Source of the DNA: Gracilinanus agilis
Lineage: Eukaryota
DNA length: 64,000 nt
NCBI RefSeq assembly: GCF_016433145.1
Contig: NC_058130.1
Span: 706,523,799-706,587,798, forward strand
Direction of reading: 5' to 3'
This document shows positions 25,900 through 40,508 of this stretch, one piece after another. Made by a program: the position numbers and the translations under genes. The notes below the pieces were generated by a model that had not been told where the DNA came from, did no database searches, and saw nothing but the letters and a program-made list of their open reading frames with translations. Position 1 is the stretch's first letter; each line of letters opens with the position of its first letter.

Positions 25900-27460
25900 A
25901 GCTGCCAGTGGATCCTAGCCTGAGAGTCCAGGTTGATGGAGGATAATTACTTAGCTCTTTCATTAAGGAAGGAAGGTCTGCTTGTATCCACAAGCCAAAT
26001 GTCTGGGCCCCTAAATGGAAAACATGGGCTCTAAGACAGCCCAAATGTAGCACAGTTTATGTACCTTGGATACTGACCCATAGACAGTAGTTTACTTTTA
26101 CTACTACAAACTCTTCTTTCTTATCTTGAGTCTCTAAGATGTGCTTAAAGTACACACTATATCTTGTGCATTCTGCCAACACAAAATTGATTGTCAGTTC
26201 CAGGTATATGGGCTTGGGATTTATGTTGCTGGTCCTTGAACCCATTATTTCTTATAAAGCCTTTTGGGGTTACATTCTTGCCCTCTTCTCTAATGTTGCA
26301 ATCTTGTCCGGTAGGACAAACACATCCGTCAGACCTATCCAGTTACCAGAGATAGAGTACCCTCCATAGTGTTTTGGAGTACATCACTCAGTCCCTGCCT
26401 CCCAGGACTTTCCCTAACTCCCAACCCCAAACTGACTTCAAAATGTCTGAACTCATGCCAGGAGTAGCCTCACCCTTGTCTGATGCTACATAGTGACAAT
26501 CCTGGCTGCCCTGTACTGTCCAAGATAATGCAACATTAGCATTATCTATGACAGAAGCTACCTAGACCTCAGTTGTAAAAATGTTGAGCATCACTTAAGG
26601 TGATTAAGGATATTGTCCCTGAAGTGGCAGGGTCTCTTATTTCCCTGGAAAATATGTGAGGATATGATTCCAGGCTTTTGCAGCATGTGTGCTAAAAGCA
26701 TTCTAGGTCCTGAGTTGGATCATCCTGCTGCTCTAAGAGTTTAGTGCCAAGTATATGGTACCATTCCTTTTCCCCCATGTTCTGTACCACCATCCTTACT
26801 TCCTCCAGGTAATAGGCAGTGGAAGCTGGATCCCTTGTGATCTGAACAATCCGGTCACTTGTGGTTGTACTCTTGCCTGATGCTCTAAGTTCCCTTGTGG
26901 ACCTTGCTCTTCCCCAAACAGCTAATGAAATGGTTTTAACAAGAGATATAAATAACCAAATCTGATTATTAGCCTCTAATCTTGCTTTCTTCCTGATGCC
27001 CTTAAATTAGCTAAGGAAATCAGGGATAGCTGTGTAGTCCTATAACTTTTTTCCTTTGAGAGTGAAAAACCCCACAAAACTAGAGAAAGAGTAAGGAGAG
27101 GCAGTGGAAGTTACCAGAAACCTTTCATGGATCTTTATTGGCTCCCTGGCAGAAGAAACCTTCCCCAATCCACCTACTCTGCAACATATAATTCTGTTTC
27201 CTTTAACATCCAACCCCATACTTTATTTCAGAATCAGAATCCTGCTAATGTCCCTTTACCCCCTTTGTTCTCTAAACAGTTTTGTTTCCTGAAAATTGTC
27301 CAAGGGTTTGGGTGGTGCCTCATTACCACTGTTATTGACTTCTAGAGCTATTTGCTAGCTCCACCACAGTGGTCATGGTCATCACATGCCTGGAGTTAAA
27401 GAATTCAGGCAGGGAGTGGCCAAGCAGCTGTTGCCTACACCTGCTGTCAAGTCTCGTCTT
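25900..27460 (-). mobile_element. Possible decayed ERV env-like internal remnant
   Basis: Minus-strand fragments GNWIG..VLPD..LEKRAR (SU end / furin-like) followed by VVVKVNYCLWV (TM CX6CC-like). Heavily disrupted. Confidence 0.3.
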
Positions 27461-28659
27461 CAACATTTAAGGGTGGAATAATTCTTAGTAATCAAAATGT
27501 CTTCCAGATCAAATCACCAAGTTGTTTTTTTTTAGTACAAATTTGTTGTTAGAAGAATCATTGTAATGGAAATTATTGTGATGTGACTTAGGTTACTAAA
27601 ACCACCTGCACATTGCCAAAATAAGAACAAGATGAACAGAACAACAGTTTGCCCTATAATTCCCTTCCTATAGTGCTTTCTTATAGTCCCCCTTCGAGTT
27701 TGAGGAGTTTTGTTTTTTTGTAAATAAAACTCCTTTTCTTGTAAAAAAAACAGCTCAATCTTCTCTGTGTGCTAAGAAAAAGGGTATCGTGGTTGAGTGG
27801 AAAGAGTACATCATTTGTAATTGGAGGATGGTTCAAATCTCGGTTCTGTAATTTCTACTTTGTATGACATTGAACAAATCATTTCTCTAAATTTCATTTT
27901 CTTCCATTAAATTAAGAAGTAGGATTTAGTAGTTTGAGAACCATTTGACCCAAGGACTCCTTTGTACGCAATAATTACTGAGGATTCCTCCCAAAGAAGT
28001 TTTGTTTATATGGGTTATATTTATCAGTATTCATGTAGGAAATGGTTTGAGCTGAGACTTGAAAGAAACTAGGAAACAGGGATAAGAAGGGAGATCATTC
28101 CAGGCATAAGACAACCAGTTTAAAGGCACAAAATTGGTAGATAAAGTGGCCTTCATGAAGAACAGGAAGGCCAGTGCTGACAGTAGCATGTCAGAGTGTA
28201 AAAGGCATGAAAAACCAAATAGAATTTTATACTTGATCTGAAGGTACTAGGGAGCAGCTAGAGTTTATTTGGTAGGGCAGTGGCATGGTGAGATCTTTAG
28301 GAAGATTACTTTGGCAGCAGAGAGGAAGTTGGACTTGAGTGGAAAGAGACTTTGGTCCATAGAGACTTGCCAGAAAGCTCTTGCCATCATCCAAAAATGA
28401 GGTGATGAGAATCTGTACCAGGGTGGTAGCTGTGACAGAGAGGAAGTACATATATGACTGATGTGAAAATAGGGGTGACAAGACTGGCAATACATTGTGC
28501 ATGTAGAGCAAGTAAAGAGGAAGATAACACCAAAATTGTGAGCATGGATGACCAAAAGGATGATGGTACCATGGACAGTAATAGAAAAGTGACTTGATGT
28601 GTTAAAATATGCATGGGAGGCACCTCACTGAAGGAGACCCTTTGAGGTGGCATTTTGCC

Positions 28660-28850
28660 CTATGAAATAAAATGATATTGCATAAATAACACAATAAAAA
28701 TAGTAGGATTTTGTATTCTCAATTCCTTATAATCAATCGTGTGACTATAAAGATGTGGTCTGCTTTAGAGTACCATTTGCCCATCTATTGCCTTCTTAAT
28801 GTTCATCAAAGATGCCTTTGGTATGTTTGTAAATTATTCTCACATAGATT
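28660..28850 (-). mobile_element. RTE-clade LINE reverse-transcriptase fragment
   Basis: Minus strand translates SKADHIFIVTRLIIRNxEYKIL, similar to the DHIF...REY motif of RTE RT. Confidence 0.5.
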
Positions 28851-30865
28851 TTAAGATGGGAAAGGAGGCACATGGGTCAGCAGTTATTGATATTTTCTTG
28901 TCTTTTTTTGGTAGTAATATCCATGATTAAGATGTGGTCAGTTTTTCTTTCTTTTTTTGGTGATATTTGGTGCTTGCCGGGTTTAGTACTTCTAGACGCT
29001 TCTCAAAGAAAGTATTCATGAAACATGAAACCTCCCCACAAACCTCTTTTACTTCATAATTTTGAGCCACATTTTCTGATGTATTTTTACTGTTCTCCCA
29101 TGTTTCTGCCTTTGTATTAAAGTCACTGGGATTAAAGTATATATTGATTTAATTTGAAGGATCTTAATGCATTCTTTCTTGAACTTGTTTACAGACTACA
29201 CCTATGAAAGCCTTTTATGCTTTTCTTTTTTTATTTAATGTTTATTTAATTTAACATTTAAAATTTTTTTTTTACTATAACACATTTATAGTGCTCTCGG
29301 TCATCAGAATTGCATGACTTTTGTCAGTTCCATTCATCAGCATTCTAATAAGATCAAAGGTAACAGATATTGTAGTCCAAGGTTGGAGCTTAGCAAGGCA
29401 AAATTGGTGATAGGACAAAGGGATTTGGATTTGAGTATAGAGTTAAACTGATTTCACCAATGCCTCAAGTCATCCAGGCTTTATTTTTCATGAAATTGTT
29501 TCCTTCAGATATATGGGCACTATCATCTGACTTGATGGTATATCCTAATATACCCTAAGCATTGCCACCCACCCTTCCTTTATACTCTTGTGTTTAGAGG
29601 GGCATTTCTAGCCACACCAAGGCAGAATTTTCCATTATCGTTCCCTTTGTGTTGTCTTCCCCATTTCAAGTGTGTGTTCCTTGAATGCAGAAATAGACAA
29701 TTCTTTTCTATTTGTTTTTTTATCCTCTCTCTGTTGGCACATAGTAAGTGCCTAATAAATGTCTTTTTCATTCATTTATAAATAAGAGGCAATTGGAAGT
29801 GGGAAAGAGTACTCATAATTGGGCCACCCCCATAACACTTCCCAGAGGAAGTAGCACCTAACCTGAAGGAAAAATAATTTTTCTGAAAGGCTAGGATGAG
29901 AAAGGAATACATTCCAGACATGGAAGATGACTGGTGTATATTACACCTGGGACACCGTCCTCTCACATAAATGACTCTCACAGTTTCAAGGGAATCTGTG
30001 GGTCTACATCCATTTAAAATGATAGCTCACAAGCTCTCCCTAAAGTGTTCACTTTTTGCCTAGTTGGCTAGAGAATGCAATTATTTCAAAACAAAGGCAT
30101 CTAAGGAAATAAATAGTAAGATCTGAAATAGAGCACTGCCCCCATAAGTGTAGGGCATACTCTCTCACAAATACAAGAGTGAACACACAAAGGGGCCCAC
30201 ATAGACAATATATATGGAAGGAGAACATTCCTCTCTGGTGGTGCAACATTAATGATGTCTTCTAATGATGTCATTGTGTTGCTCTCATTAGACCCTATGC
30301 CTGAAGGTATTGTGTCTCAGTTGAGCTAATAGGTTCCCCTGATCTTTGCTGACATCATAGTGATTACTAGGCAGCTGATGTTGCCCTGCTAATCTGGTAG
30401 CATCTTGGACACATTCCTCTTCTGGTCCTCAAAGTCTCAGCTGAGTGTTACTCTACTGTATAGCTCCCTTTGACAATTCTGACGTTTCCCTGGCCCTTAC
30501 TACCTGACAGACACTCAACTCAGTTCACCCAAGCTGTGGGTGAATGGAACCTTAACTCCTGGAAAGAGCAAGACTGTCCCAATCTGGTAGTATTACAGTC
30601 ACAGCCAGTGAAGAAGTTTCTTACACACACATGTGGTTCAGAAGGTCTCTTAGAAGCAGGTCCCTACCCAAATCCCAGGTAGGGAGTGAGAAAAAGATAT
30701 ATCAGTCCTCAGTTATAGATCATTTAATTTAGGGTCAATTACTTCCAGAATTCAGGCAGCACAGAAATGAATTTGAGTAAGAACAAAAGGTTAGCTAAGG
30801 AGACAAAGTCAATGTTCTAAATTCACATAGCCCACATTCTAACATTTTACACATATATCTATGAG

Positions 30866-31110
30866 CTAGTTGTTCAGTCCTGTTGGAGTATCCTATATTT
30901 CATGAATTTATTTGGGGTTTTCTTGGCAAAGCTACTAGAGTAGTTTGCCATTTTCCTTGCCAGCTCACTTACAGATGAGAAAACTGAGGCAAACAGGGTT
31001 AAGTAACTTACTTTGGGATACTTACCCAGCTAGTAAGTATTTGAGGTCAGTTTCGGACTCAAGTCTTCCTGAATCCAGACCTAGTACTCTGCTGTGCAAA
31101 ACCTGGCTTC
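30866..31110 (-). mobile_element. MAR1-like SINE
   Basis: Reverse RTE tail (GGGGTTTTCTTGGCAAAG), then CORE and tRNA head. Confidence 0.75.
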
Positions 31111-32257
31111 TTTGATGCAGTATTTAACATGTAAATACAAGAAGAGGGGAGATGGAATGCTGCTATGCTACCTTGAGGTAGCCACCAATTCTTGTGGTAG
31201 ATGCTACAGAAGAAGCTATCTCCAAGTTCATGATACTCCATGAGTACACATCTGATAAAAAACAACACAACTCTACAAATATGAGTCTTTACCCATGTGT
31301 TTATTTTTACTAGATAGCTTAGTAACATTATTCATTCATTTAATGAAACAGCATAGAGAACTACCAATAGAACACTTCCCAGAAACCTGGATTTCACTCT
31401 CCAACAAATACACACACCTGTATGCATATGTATGTATACAATTTATAAATACCTGTGTACATATATACTTAAAGCTATATAATATACATTATGAAATATG
31501 TTTTCATATATACACATAGATATATAGATATATAAATATCTACATCATAGTACTGAGATCAGCCACTCGTAAAGAATATGTGAGGAGATATACACGTGAC
31601 AGAGGAGCAGTGCATATCTCCATTGCTGGGTGGCCAAAACTTTTTGCTCCAACAGATCCTACTCCCTGATAGTCTCTGGAGCATGCAGGCTCTTTACAGT
31701 TATGTAATCCCTGAAGACATAGAGGCATAGTATGTGATTTCTTGTGAGCCTTACTCCATGCTGTTCTCACAGAATCGCTGCTCTGCTGGTCACTACCAGC
31801 TGCATCTCCACTGACCATAAAGTTGTGGGCAACTTTGCTCTGCTTCCCTTTTCAAATGGACTCCTCAACAGAGGTGCTATCTCATTGCTATGGAAGAAGA
31901 ATGGATTCTGCCATTCTCATTTCCAATTTAAAGTCCAGGGCCTTTTTGCTTTAGGTTTCTTAGAAAGGCAGGAGACCTCACACTAGGGGAAAATTTCCTC
32001 TGGTGCTGTTTCTCTTCGTCAGTCACAGTCTTTCTAAGGAGTCCTTACCCCAGGAAGCTAATTCTTTGGAACTCAGAACCCAATTATTAGTGCATTGAAG
32101 CTTTAAATTTTTGTTTCTGTTTTTTTCCACCTTAAATCTCAACTTCCATGTCACTAAAGAGAGAATGTCAAAAGCCTTAATCTGCTTTAGCATTAAAAAT
32201 TGTTACTCTGATTAATGTCCACTTGCTAAACTGAACCCAGTTACCAAGAGTTTAGAG

Positions 32258-32461
32258 CAGGGGTCTGCTACGTATGGCTCTCGAGCCATATCTCTTTTGA
32301 GGGCCAGATATGGCTCTTTCTGCAGGAGCCATAAAGTCAATTTTTTTTTCAGGCACTGTTACAGGAGAGCGCACTGTGAGCACTGTACGGCTCTCACGAA
32401 ATTACATTTTAAAAAATGTGGCGTTTATGGCTCTCACGTCCAAAAAGGTTGCCAACCCCTG
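32258..32461. mobile_element. hAT MITE (CAGGGG-type TIR)
   Basis: CAGGGGTCTGCTAC...GGTTGCCAACCCCTG. TSD GTTTAGAG / ATTTAGAG (7/8). Confidence 0.88.
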
Positions 32462-34849
32462 ATTTAGAGGATAGACCTTCCAACAAACTGCTGAGAGTTC
32501 TCTGGGATCAAACTGTTCCTTCTCCCCAATCCAATTTTCTAAACCTTAAATTCTTTTGTCTCCCATTCAAATAAATGGGATTAAGGAAAGGCACTAGAAC
32601 AAAACAGACCAGGAGGCAAAATCAAGGTCATTGTTTTCCTCAAGGCTGATACATTCTTGCCCTTAGTATATGTGTAAGTGGCATATAACAAGAATTCCTA
32701 CATGGAATTCAAGGAGTAGGTAAAGGAGAAGAAAGGATTATATAATGCCAGGCACTGTGTTAAAGCACTTTACAAACACTATCTTATTTGATCCTCTAAA
32801 CCACCCTGGGATGTAGACGCTATTATAATCCCCATTTTACAGTTGATAAACCTGAGACAAACCCAGATTAAGTGTCTTGTCCAGGGTCAAATGGCAAGTA
32901 AATATCTGATGCTGGATTTGAACTCAAGTCTTCAGGGCCTAGCCCTCTATCCACTGTGCCAACCTACCTACCTAGTAAGCTGGTAGGTCAGTTTGGCTAG
33001 ACTTTAGAGCATATGAAAGGATAATATGAAATAAACTTAGAAATGGCAGTTGGAGCCAGGTTAGGGAGAGTCTTAAATGCAAGGTTGAGTTTGCATTTTT
33101 CTTATAGACAGTCTAAAAGGTTGGCCTTAGAATCAAGAAAACCTGGATCTGAGTCTTGTTTCTGATACTACATTACTATATGAGTGACTTCAGGCAAGTC
33201 ACTTAATCTTTCTAAGGTCCCTAGGCAATTCTCTAACACTGAATATGGCAGGAGTGCCTCACACCAATTAGGTCATAGATCCAGACCAAAATATAAAAAT
33301 GGGGGAGCTACTGAAGTCTTTTGAAGAGGCTAGTGACATGGTTAGACCTATGCTTTATTAGGAAGATTATTTGTATATTTCTATAGAGGATGAATTAGTG
33401 AGAGAATAGAGAGGGCACTTGTTAACAGGGAGCTCAATTAGAGAATTAGAATACAAGTGAGAGATGATAAGCACTTGTACTAGGCTGGTGTGAGTAAAGA
33501 AAGGAGGGTACAGATTGGACAGATGATGTGGCGTTCAAGCCAGCAAGATTTAGCACCTGATTGAATGGTAGGGAAGGGGGACGAAAAAAGAATAAGGGAT
33601 GGTGTGGGGGTTATAAACCTGGGTGGTTGGGAAAATGGTAGGTCTTCTGACAAAAATGGAGAAGTTTGGAAGCAAGGTAAGTGTAGAGTGAATGATGAAT
33701 TCCATTTTGGACATGTTGAGTTTGAGATGTTGAAGCATCCAGGTAGAGCTGTCCAGCTTAAAATTACTGATGTCTGATTTCGAGTTCAGAACACATGGAA
33801 TATATAAATTGACTAGTCATCTGTATAGAGGTGGTAAATGTTCTCATAAGATTACCAGGGAGAACTGATAGAGAAAAGAAGAGTCTATCATTATCACCCT
33901 AGAACACCACCCACATTTAAAGAACAGGAGATATTATTTGTGACAACAGAATCTAAAAAGAAGCAGTCAGGTAGGAGGAAAATCAGGAAAGACAAGCTCA
34001 CAGAAGTCAAGGGAAGAAGGAAAGAGTGTCTAGGAGGAAAGCTGGTTGTGTGACAAGCTACAGAGAAGTCCAGAAAGATGAGAACTGTGGTGGGAGGATG
34101 AGGGTAGGGAGTGGTACTGTCTGATTAAAAGATAGCAGGACAGAGTCCTATGCTGGACTTAGAATTAGGAAGACCTAGCTGGATTCAAGACTTTTCTCAG
34201 ACACTAAACTGTACACTCTGGGTGGGACTTCCTTATAAAATAAAAAGGTTAGACTAGATTATCTCAGAGATCAAAATCTGTGATCCTATGAGTTAGTACT
34301 TAAAATCATATAGCTTTGGAGAGACCTGGTCAAGCCTGAGTAATAACATCTGAGATAAGATTGTAAGAAGTCAGTAGCATTTCCGACAGTGGATTCTGTG
34401 ACTCCCCTGGCTGTCAGTAGACATCCCTTTAAGTAAGTTTAGTTATGGAAGAGGGTGGGGGGAGATGGAGGAGTGGGGACAGCTTTTGCATAAGAACTTG
34501 ATGGAATGGGATGCAAACGAAGGCTTTTTTAAGGATGGGGGAGCTGGAGAAAACTGGGCATGTTTAAAGGTAGCAGAAAAGAGTCATTGGAGAAGGAAAG
34601 AGAAGGGAGAAGGGAAAGTGGGTTGAGAGAGAAAAATTATTCGGGAGGATAAGCTCCTAAAAGAAGATAAAAATACAGAGAATCAATTCTAATGAGCAGG
34701 AATGGGGAAGGTTGTCTAAAAAGACTCAATCAACCTCAATTTCTTAAAACAGTCAGGCGAAAAGACAGAAATGGGTACATAACGGGAGCCTGACTACAAA
34801 CAGCCTAGGAAGTCCTCACATAGGACTTTGAAACTGTAGGAGGAGCAGA

Positions 34850-35300
34850 GGCCGGCCACCGAGATGTCGAATCCTCCCAGTGCCTAGAGCGACCGCGCGG
34901 GCCCTCCCGGCCTGGGAAAACACCCAGACCCTCGCTTCCGGTCAGAGGTTTCTGTCTCTCGGGGGGCGTCTCTGGAGCGGCGGGTGAGTTAGGGGGTGGC
35001 AGAAACCAGGGGAGTCGGGGGGAAGATGAGTGCCTCAGGACTGCTTCCGCATGCTCCCGCCAGGATGGGATTCCCCAGGCCTGCCCCTCGCCCAGCCCCC
35101 TGGGAGAGAAGGGCGGGTCCGTCCCCAGCGGCCAGACCTGGCCCTGCGTTCCCAGCGGGGGGCGGGCCGCGAGGTGGGGCTTTGGGCTCCAGGGCGGCTC
35201 CGTAGTGGAGCGGCTCTAACTCCCGAGGACCTGAGGCTGACCCTGCCTCCGCCCTCCTACGGACCCGGGCACGAGTGCCCCGCCCTTCTGGGTAATGCTG
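34850..35300 (+). promoter_or_regulatory. CpG island / promoter of the KRAB-ZF gene
   Basis: CpG-dense. ETS-type CTTCCGGT at 34935-34942 and a consensus donor CGG|GTGAGT at 34984. Confidence 0.85.
34940..34983 (+). other. Probable non-coding first exon of the KRAB-ZF gene (5' end approximate)
   Basis: Lies between the ETS motif and the GTGAGT donor, the usual layout of KRAB-ZNF first exons. Confidence 0.65.
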
Positions 35301-36007
35301 CTGGCAATTTGGCAAGCTAGCATTTAATAATACTATATATGCATATATTTTATGTAGATATACATATAGACGCTTTCTTTTAAAATGTATTAAGCGTCTA
35401 CCACGCGTTTGGCACTCTGCTAAGAGCTAGAAATACAAAGAAAAGCAAAGGGCAGTCACAAAACACAAAATCATTGTTTGGGTCACTAACAGCTGGGAGA
35501 ACCGAGGGAGGCTTCTTAGCTATGGCTTTTGAGCTGCGCTTCCAAAGGAGTTTGGGAGTTCCAAGAGGGAGAGGGAGAGAAGGAATGGCAGCTGTTTGTA
35601 ATGGGCAGCTGCTGAATGCCAGAGGAGATACAAAGCTTAGATCACACTTGCAAGGTTCTCTTAGAGCTCTTGGTTTAGCCTGGGGATGAAACAATGACAC
35701 ATAATTGTAATACAGAGTTTTACTTGGTAAATGGCAAATAGGTTGTGAATTAGTGCTAAGCCCGAATTATAGAGAAAAGATGACTCTGCTGTCACTGCAG
35801 CCAGAGGCACCCCCAACCGTTAAAAAAGTTCTTTCACACAAGGCTGTCTGTGCCCAGTTCCTGGTTCTTTGAGTTCATATCCACCTGAAAATCATAGCTT
35901 ATGAGCCAAAATTGATATGTTTACATTTACTAATCAGTTAGAGGATATAATTAGTTCAAGGTAAAGGCATTTGTTGAAGTAATATAATTAGAAAAGTATC
36001 CATGAAA

Positions 36008-36093
36008 CATTTCCCTCAAATCTGAGGCAAATTTTTTCAAATATGCTATCATTTCCCTCAAATCTGAGGCAAATTTTTTCAAATATGCTATCA
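36008..36093. repeat. Perfect 2 x 42-bp tandem duplication
   Basis: CATTTCCCTCAAATCTGAGGCAAATTTTTTCAAATATGCTAT repeated with no mismatch. Confidence 0.95.
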
Positions 36094-37741
36094 ATGGGTA
36101 AAGGAGTCATTTAGGGAACATGTGCGTGTAGTATATAAGAGGAAGGGCAGCACCACTGATCCTAAGGACTTCAAAAGGCCCCCATTGAATTGTGTGGTGA
36201 CCGAGATCTGTGTCTTCTTTTGAGTTCTAACTCATCTCTGGATGTCAGCCTATTTTGCTGACTCTCCTGCTGTCTCTGCCTTTCCACTGACACCCTTTCC
36301 TATGCTTTCCAAAATCAAACCTATTTTTTCTCCTTAAACTTGTTCTTCAGACTTGGTTATTTGAGAATCTACCATTCTTTTACCTAATCTACTATGGTAC
36401 TTCTCTCTCTTCTTCATATCCATTTAATTGTCAGATTCTGTCAACTATCATCACAAAATCTTGTATACATATCCTTCGCTCTGTCCCCCAATACAGGTCC
36501 TCATTATCACTTGCCTTAACTATCATAAATTTTAAAGTGCTATATACTATGACATTTTAATGGATCTCACTGATAATAGATTTGCCATCTACTGGTTCAT
36601 ATCACAACCCACCCAAGCTTTCTCATCCTGTGAGATTCTTGTTTATGTACAGAACTATATAAATGTAAGTTGTGGTCATTTATTGTTTTAATGACTAATA
36701 TAGAGAATTAGGCCTATTTTGCTTAATCCCAGAGTATTGAAATAGGAATAGTAGTCTTGCAGAGGCACAAATTTCATTTTAATAGAAGGAAGACTTTCTA
36801 ACAATTACAACTGTTCCCAAATGGAGAAGGCTACACTCAGAGGGATTCAGTTTGCTATCATTAGAGGTGATAGGATCACAGACCTCAAGCTAGAACTCGT
36901 TTTACAGATGAAGTTGGAGGCTAAATGATTTGACCAAGATCATAGCAGTTAAATCAGAAAGAGACTCATGACTCCTGGTGGATTTGGAGCTGGGAGGTAT
37001 GTTATAGCCATGGAATTCACCAACATATGAGAAAACTGAGGCTCAGAAAGATAAGTGATTTGTCCAATGTCACATTGGTATTGGGTAGTAGAGGTGTGAT
37101 TCAAATCCAGGTGTCCTGGGCTCTGACCCCACTGTATACCCTGGTACCTCCCATATTGTAGAGGACATTTTTATTCTGGTATCAGTTGATTGGATTCCCA
37201 CCACCAAGTTTTCTTCTTCCCCTTTGAGTCTACAGTTATTATGATAGCTCTTCACAATTGCAGGCCTAGTGAATGCAGATTGTCAGAGTGTCAGAGTTAT
37301 ATTGGACTTCAGAGATTATCTTGTTAAACTCCCTCACTTTAGAAATGAGAAACTGAGGCCCAGACTGGGGCAATGCTTTTTTTTACAGTCACATAATAAG
37401 TTAGTAGTAGAGCTTGCCTAGATACTAAATATCTTGCCTCAGAGGATAGATTCTACAGTACCATATGAGTCTATCCTTGGAATCATGGGCTCAAGATTAC
37501 TGAGATGGGAGGGAATTTAGAGTCTTTGTTGTTCATTGTTTCCCAGACACTGGTCCCTGGCAAACTTTGAAAGACCAGTGTTTTAGGAGCAAGTCTTTAC
37601 AGGCTTGCCATAGGGAGACCTGGCCTGCTAATGGATTCAATACAAGAAGTATTCATTAAGCATCTATTGTCTGCTGAGGACCATTCTAAACCCAGGGAGT
37701 ATAAACACAAAAATTAAAGTCTTTCTTTCAATGAGCTTATG

Positions 37742-37875
37742 NNNNNNNNNNNNNNNNNNNNNNNNNNNNNNNNNNNNNNNNNNNNNNNNNNNNNNNNNNN
37801 NNNNNNNNNNNNNNNNNNNNNNNNNNNNNNNNNNNNNNNNNNNNNNNNNNNNNNNNNNNNNNNNNNNNNNNNNNN
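37742..37875. other. Assembly gap (134 N)
   Basis: Run of N in intron 1 of the KRAB-ZF gene. Confidence 0.99.
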
Positions 37876-38323
37876 GTAATTTGCAAAGGGGAACATTATC
37901 AACTGGAAATTAGGATAGATTTCCTGTAGGACATGGCACTCAAGATATCTTTAAAGGAAATTAAATATGCTATGAGCTTGAGATAGGGTTTCCCAACTAT
38001 TTCCCTTTTCTGCCTCAAGAACAGCCACCCTGGCTGGACTCCATGGCTTTCTTTATGGGCTGTGACCCTAAGCAGCATTTTTTGAGACATCTGAAGATGT
38101 TCTAGCTCGGAACTTTGAAGGCTTTCTGGAGTAAATGTTTTAAGAATTGGCTTAGAAGTAGCTGAGTGGTTTAGGCAATGAAGAGAGCACTTTTCATGTA
38201 GGGGGGTGACCTATGCAAGAGTTATAAATTTAGAATCTGTCCTCGTCTCTCCAAAGCTCTTTTTTTCCCCTTAAAGCTGCCTATGTTCCTGTTCATTGTA
38301 CTATAAGAAGACAAGGAAAACTG

Positions 38324-38359
38324 ATGATGGAGTCTGAGTGCCTGTCAGCCAGGTCCCAG
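38324..38359 (+). CDS. KRAB-ZF gene first coding segment (MMESECLSARSQ), within exon 38277-38359
   Basis: Acceptor TTTTTTTCCCCTTAAAG| at 38276 and donor CAG|GTGAGC. The ...LSARSQ ending is typical of the exon before KRAB-A; phase 0 into KRAB-A. Confidence 0.78.
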
Positions 38360-38569
38360 GTGAGCAGTCTTTTACCTAATTGTTCCAGATTCAATGGTGA
38401 TCTAGGTTTCTTTCATTGACCAGGAATTTCTCTGCTTGGGATCTTCCCCTTCAGGGACCTGAGCCACAATACCCTTTCCTTGGGACTTGTACCAAGTCTG
38501 GGTGGGAGAGACACTATACTGTCATTGGAGCTTATATCCCAGGTGCCTAGGCTGTCCCCAGTATATGTG

Positions 38570-38578
<9 letters not shown>

Positions 38579-38613
<35 letters not shown>
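38579..38613. repeat. (CA)n microsatellite
   Basis: Direct reading of the sequence. Confidence 0.93.
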
Positions 38614-38621
<8 letters not shown>

Positions 38622-38763
38622 ATGTATATTTATACACACACACATCCTCTCTTTACCCATATAGCTACAGAGTTTGGAATCACTGATCTTCTGACCTTTT
38701 TTCTGAATCATTGTAGTTAAGAGTAAGAGATTTTGCCTGTTTGGGGATTCGAAAAGGATTCTT

Positions 38764-39081
38764 TTTTTTTTTAAGTTTAATAAAGATATTTTATTTTACC
38801 AATTATATGTAATAATAATTTTCCACATAAGTTTTCTGAAGTAATATGGTCCAAATTGTCTCCTTCCTTTCCTCCCCACTTCCAGAGATGGCAAGCAATC
38901 TGATATGACCTATACACATAACATATTTCCATAATGTTCATTTTCATAAGAGAATAATTATATAAAACCAAAACCCCAAAATAAAACCCCAAATAAACTA
39001 AAGTAAAAAACAGTATGCTTTGATCTGCCAACTCCAACAGTTCTTTCTCTGGAGGTGGATAGCATTCTTTGTCATAATTTG
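38764..39081 (-). mobile_element. Short L1 3'-end insertion
   Basis: T-tail followed by reverse L1 3'UTR. Imperfect TSD GAAAAG(G)ATTCTT on both sides. Confidence 0.72.
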
Positions 39082-39322
39082 GAAAAGATTCTTGGAAGCC
39101 CTGGCCCCTCCCAAAGTGTGAATATCCTCACTCCAACATCCCCAGCCCTCAGCTGAGGAAGGGACTTAGATATTCTTTCTAGTTCAAAACAAACATGCAT
39201 AAGTTGGACCTTATTCACATTCTTAGATATACTTAAATAGACGCACATGTTCAATTTTTATACCTTCTCTTCCCCTCCTCTCACCTTAGGGCAGAGCAGT
39301 GGGATTATGCTGGACCTACAAT

Positions 39323-39956
<634 letters not shown>

Positions 39957-40508
39957 TAGCAATGAGATCTGATGGCCTATTTGTTTGAAAAGTTCTGGAA
40001 TTAGAAATCACTAGTCTTATAGGATATTTTTGTTCTTTGTTCCCATTCCATAAGCCTATTTTGCCAAGCTGAAAATGAACAACTTCCTTAATGATCCCTG
40101 GAACTGAAATTTCATCCTCAAGTTCCCTATAGTCATTTTAGCTTTTCTATCTTAGTCACAGAATTCTTAGTATCCATTGGAAATGTTGAAGACACCACCA
40201 TCTATCTAGTCACTTACTTAGATTTACAACCTTGGAGATATCCTTGACTGTTTCCTCTCCCTTATACCTTATATCCAATCAGTACCAAGGCTTGATGCCC
40301 TGAGTCTCTGGAAGGCCCCTTTAGCCCATGTACCCCTCAGTCCTGTGATCCTTTTTGCATTTCTTGCTCTGGAAGCTGCCTGAGCACACCTCACCTAGCA
40401 CCTTTGGGGCTCTGAGAGGCCCCAGGACATAGTTTAATTAGAAAACTCAGATTCAACTCCTGCTTCTAATTCTCAGTAGCTGTGTGAGCATGGTGAGATC
40501 TTTTAGAT

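Noticed and set aside
34989-35320. Several ORFs in the second CpG island
   Set aside because: They are intronic, low-complexity G/P/R/A sequence with no domain.
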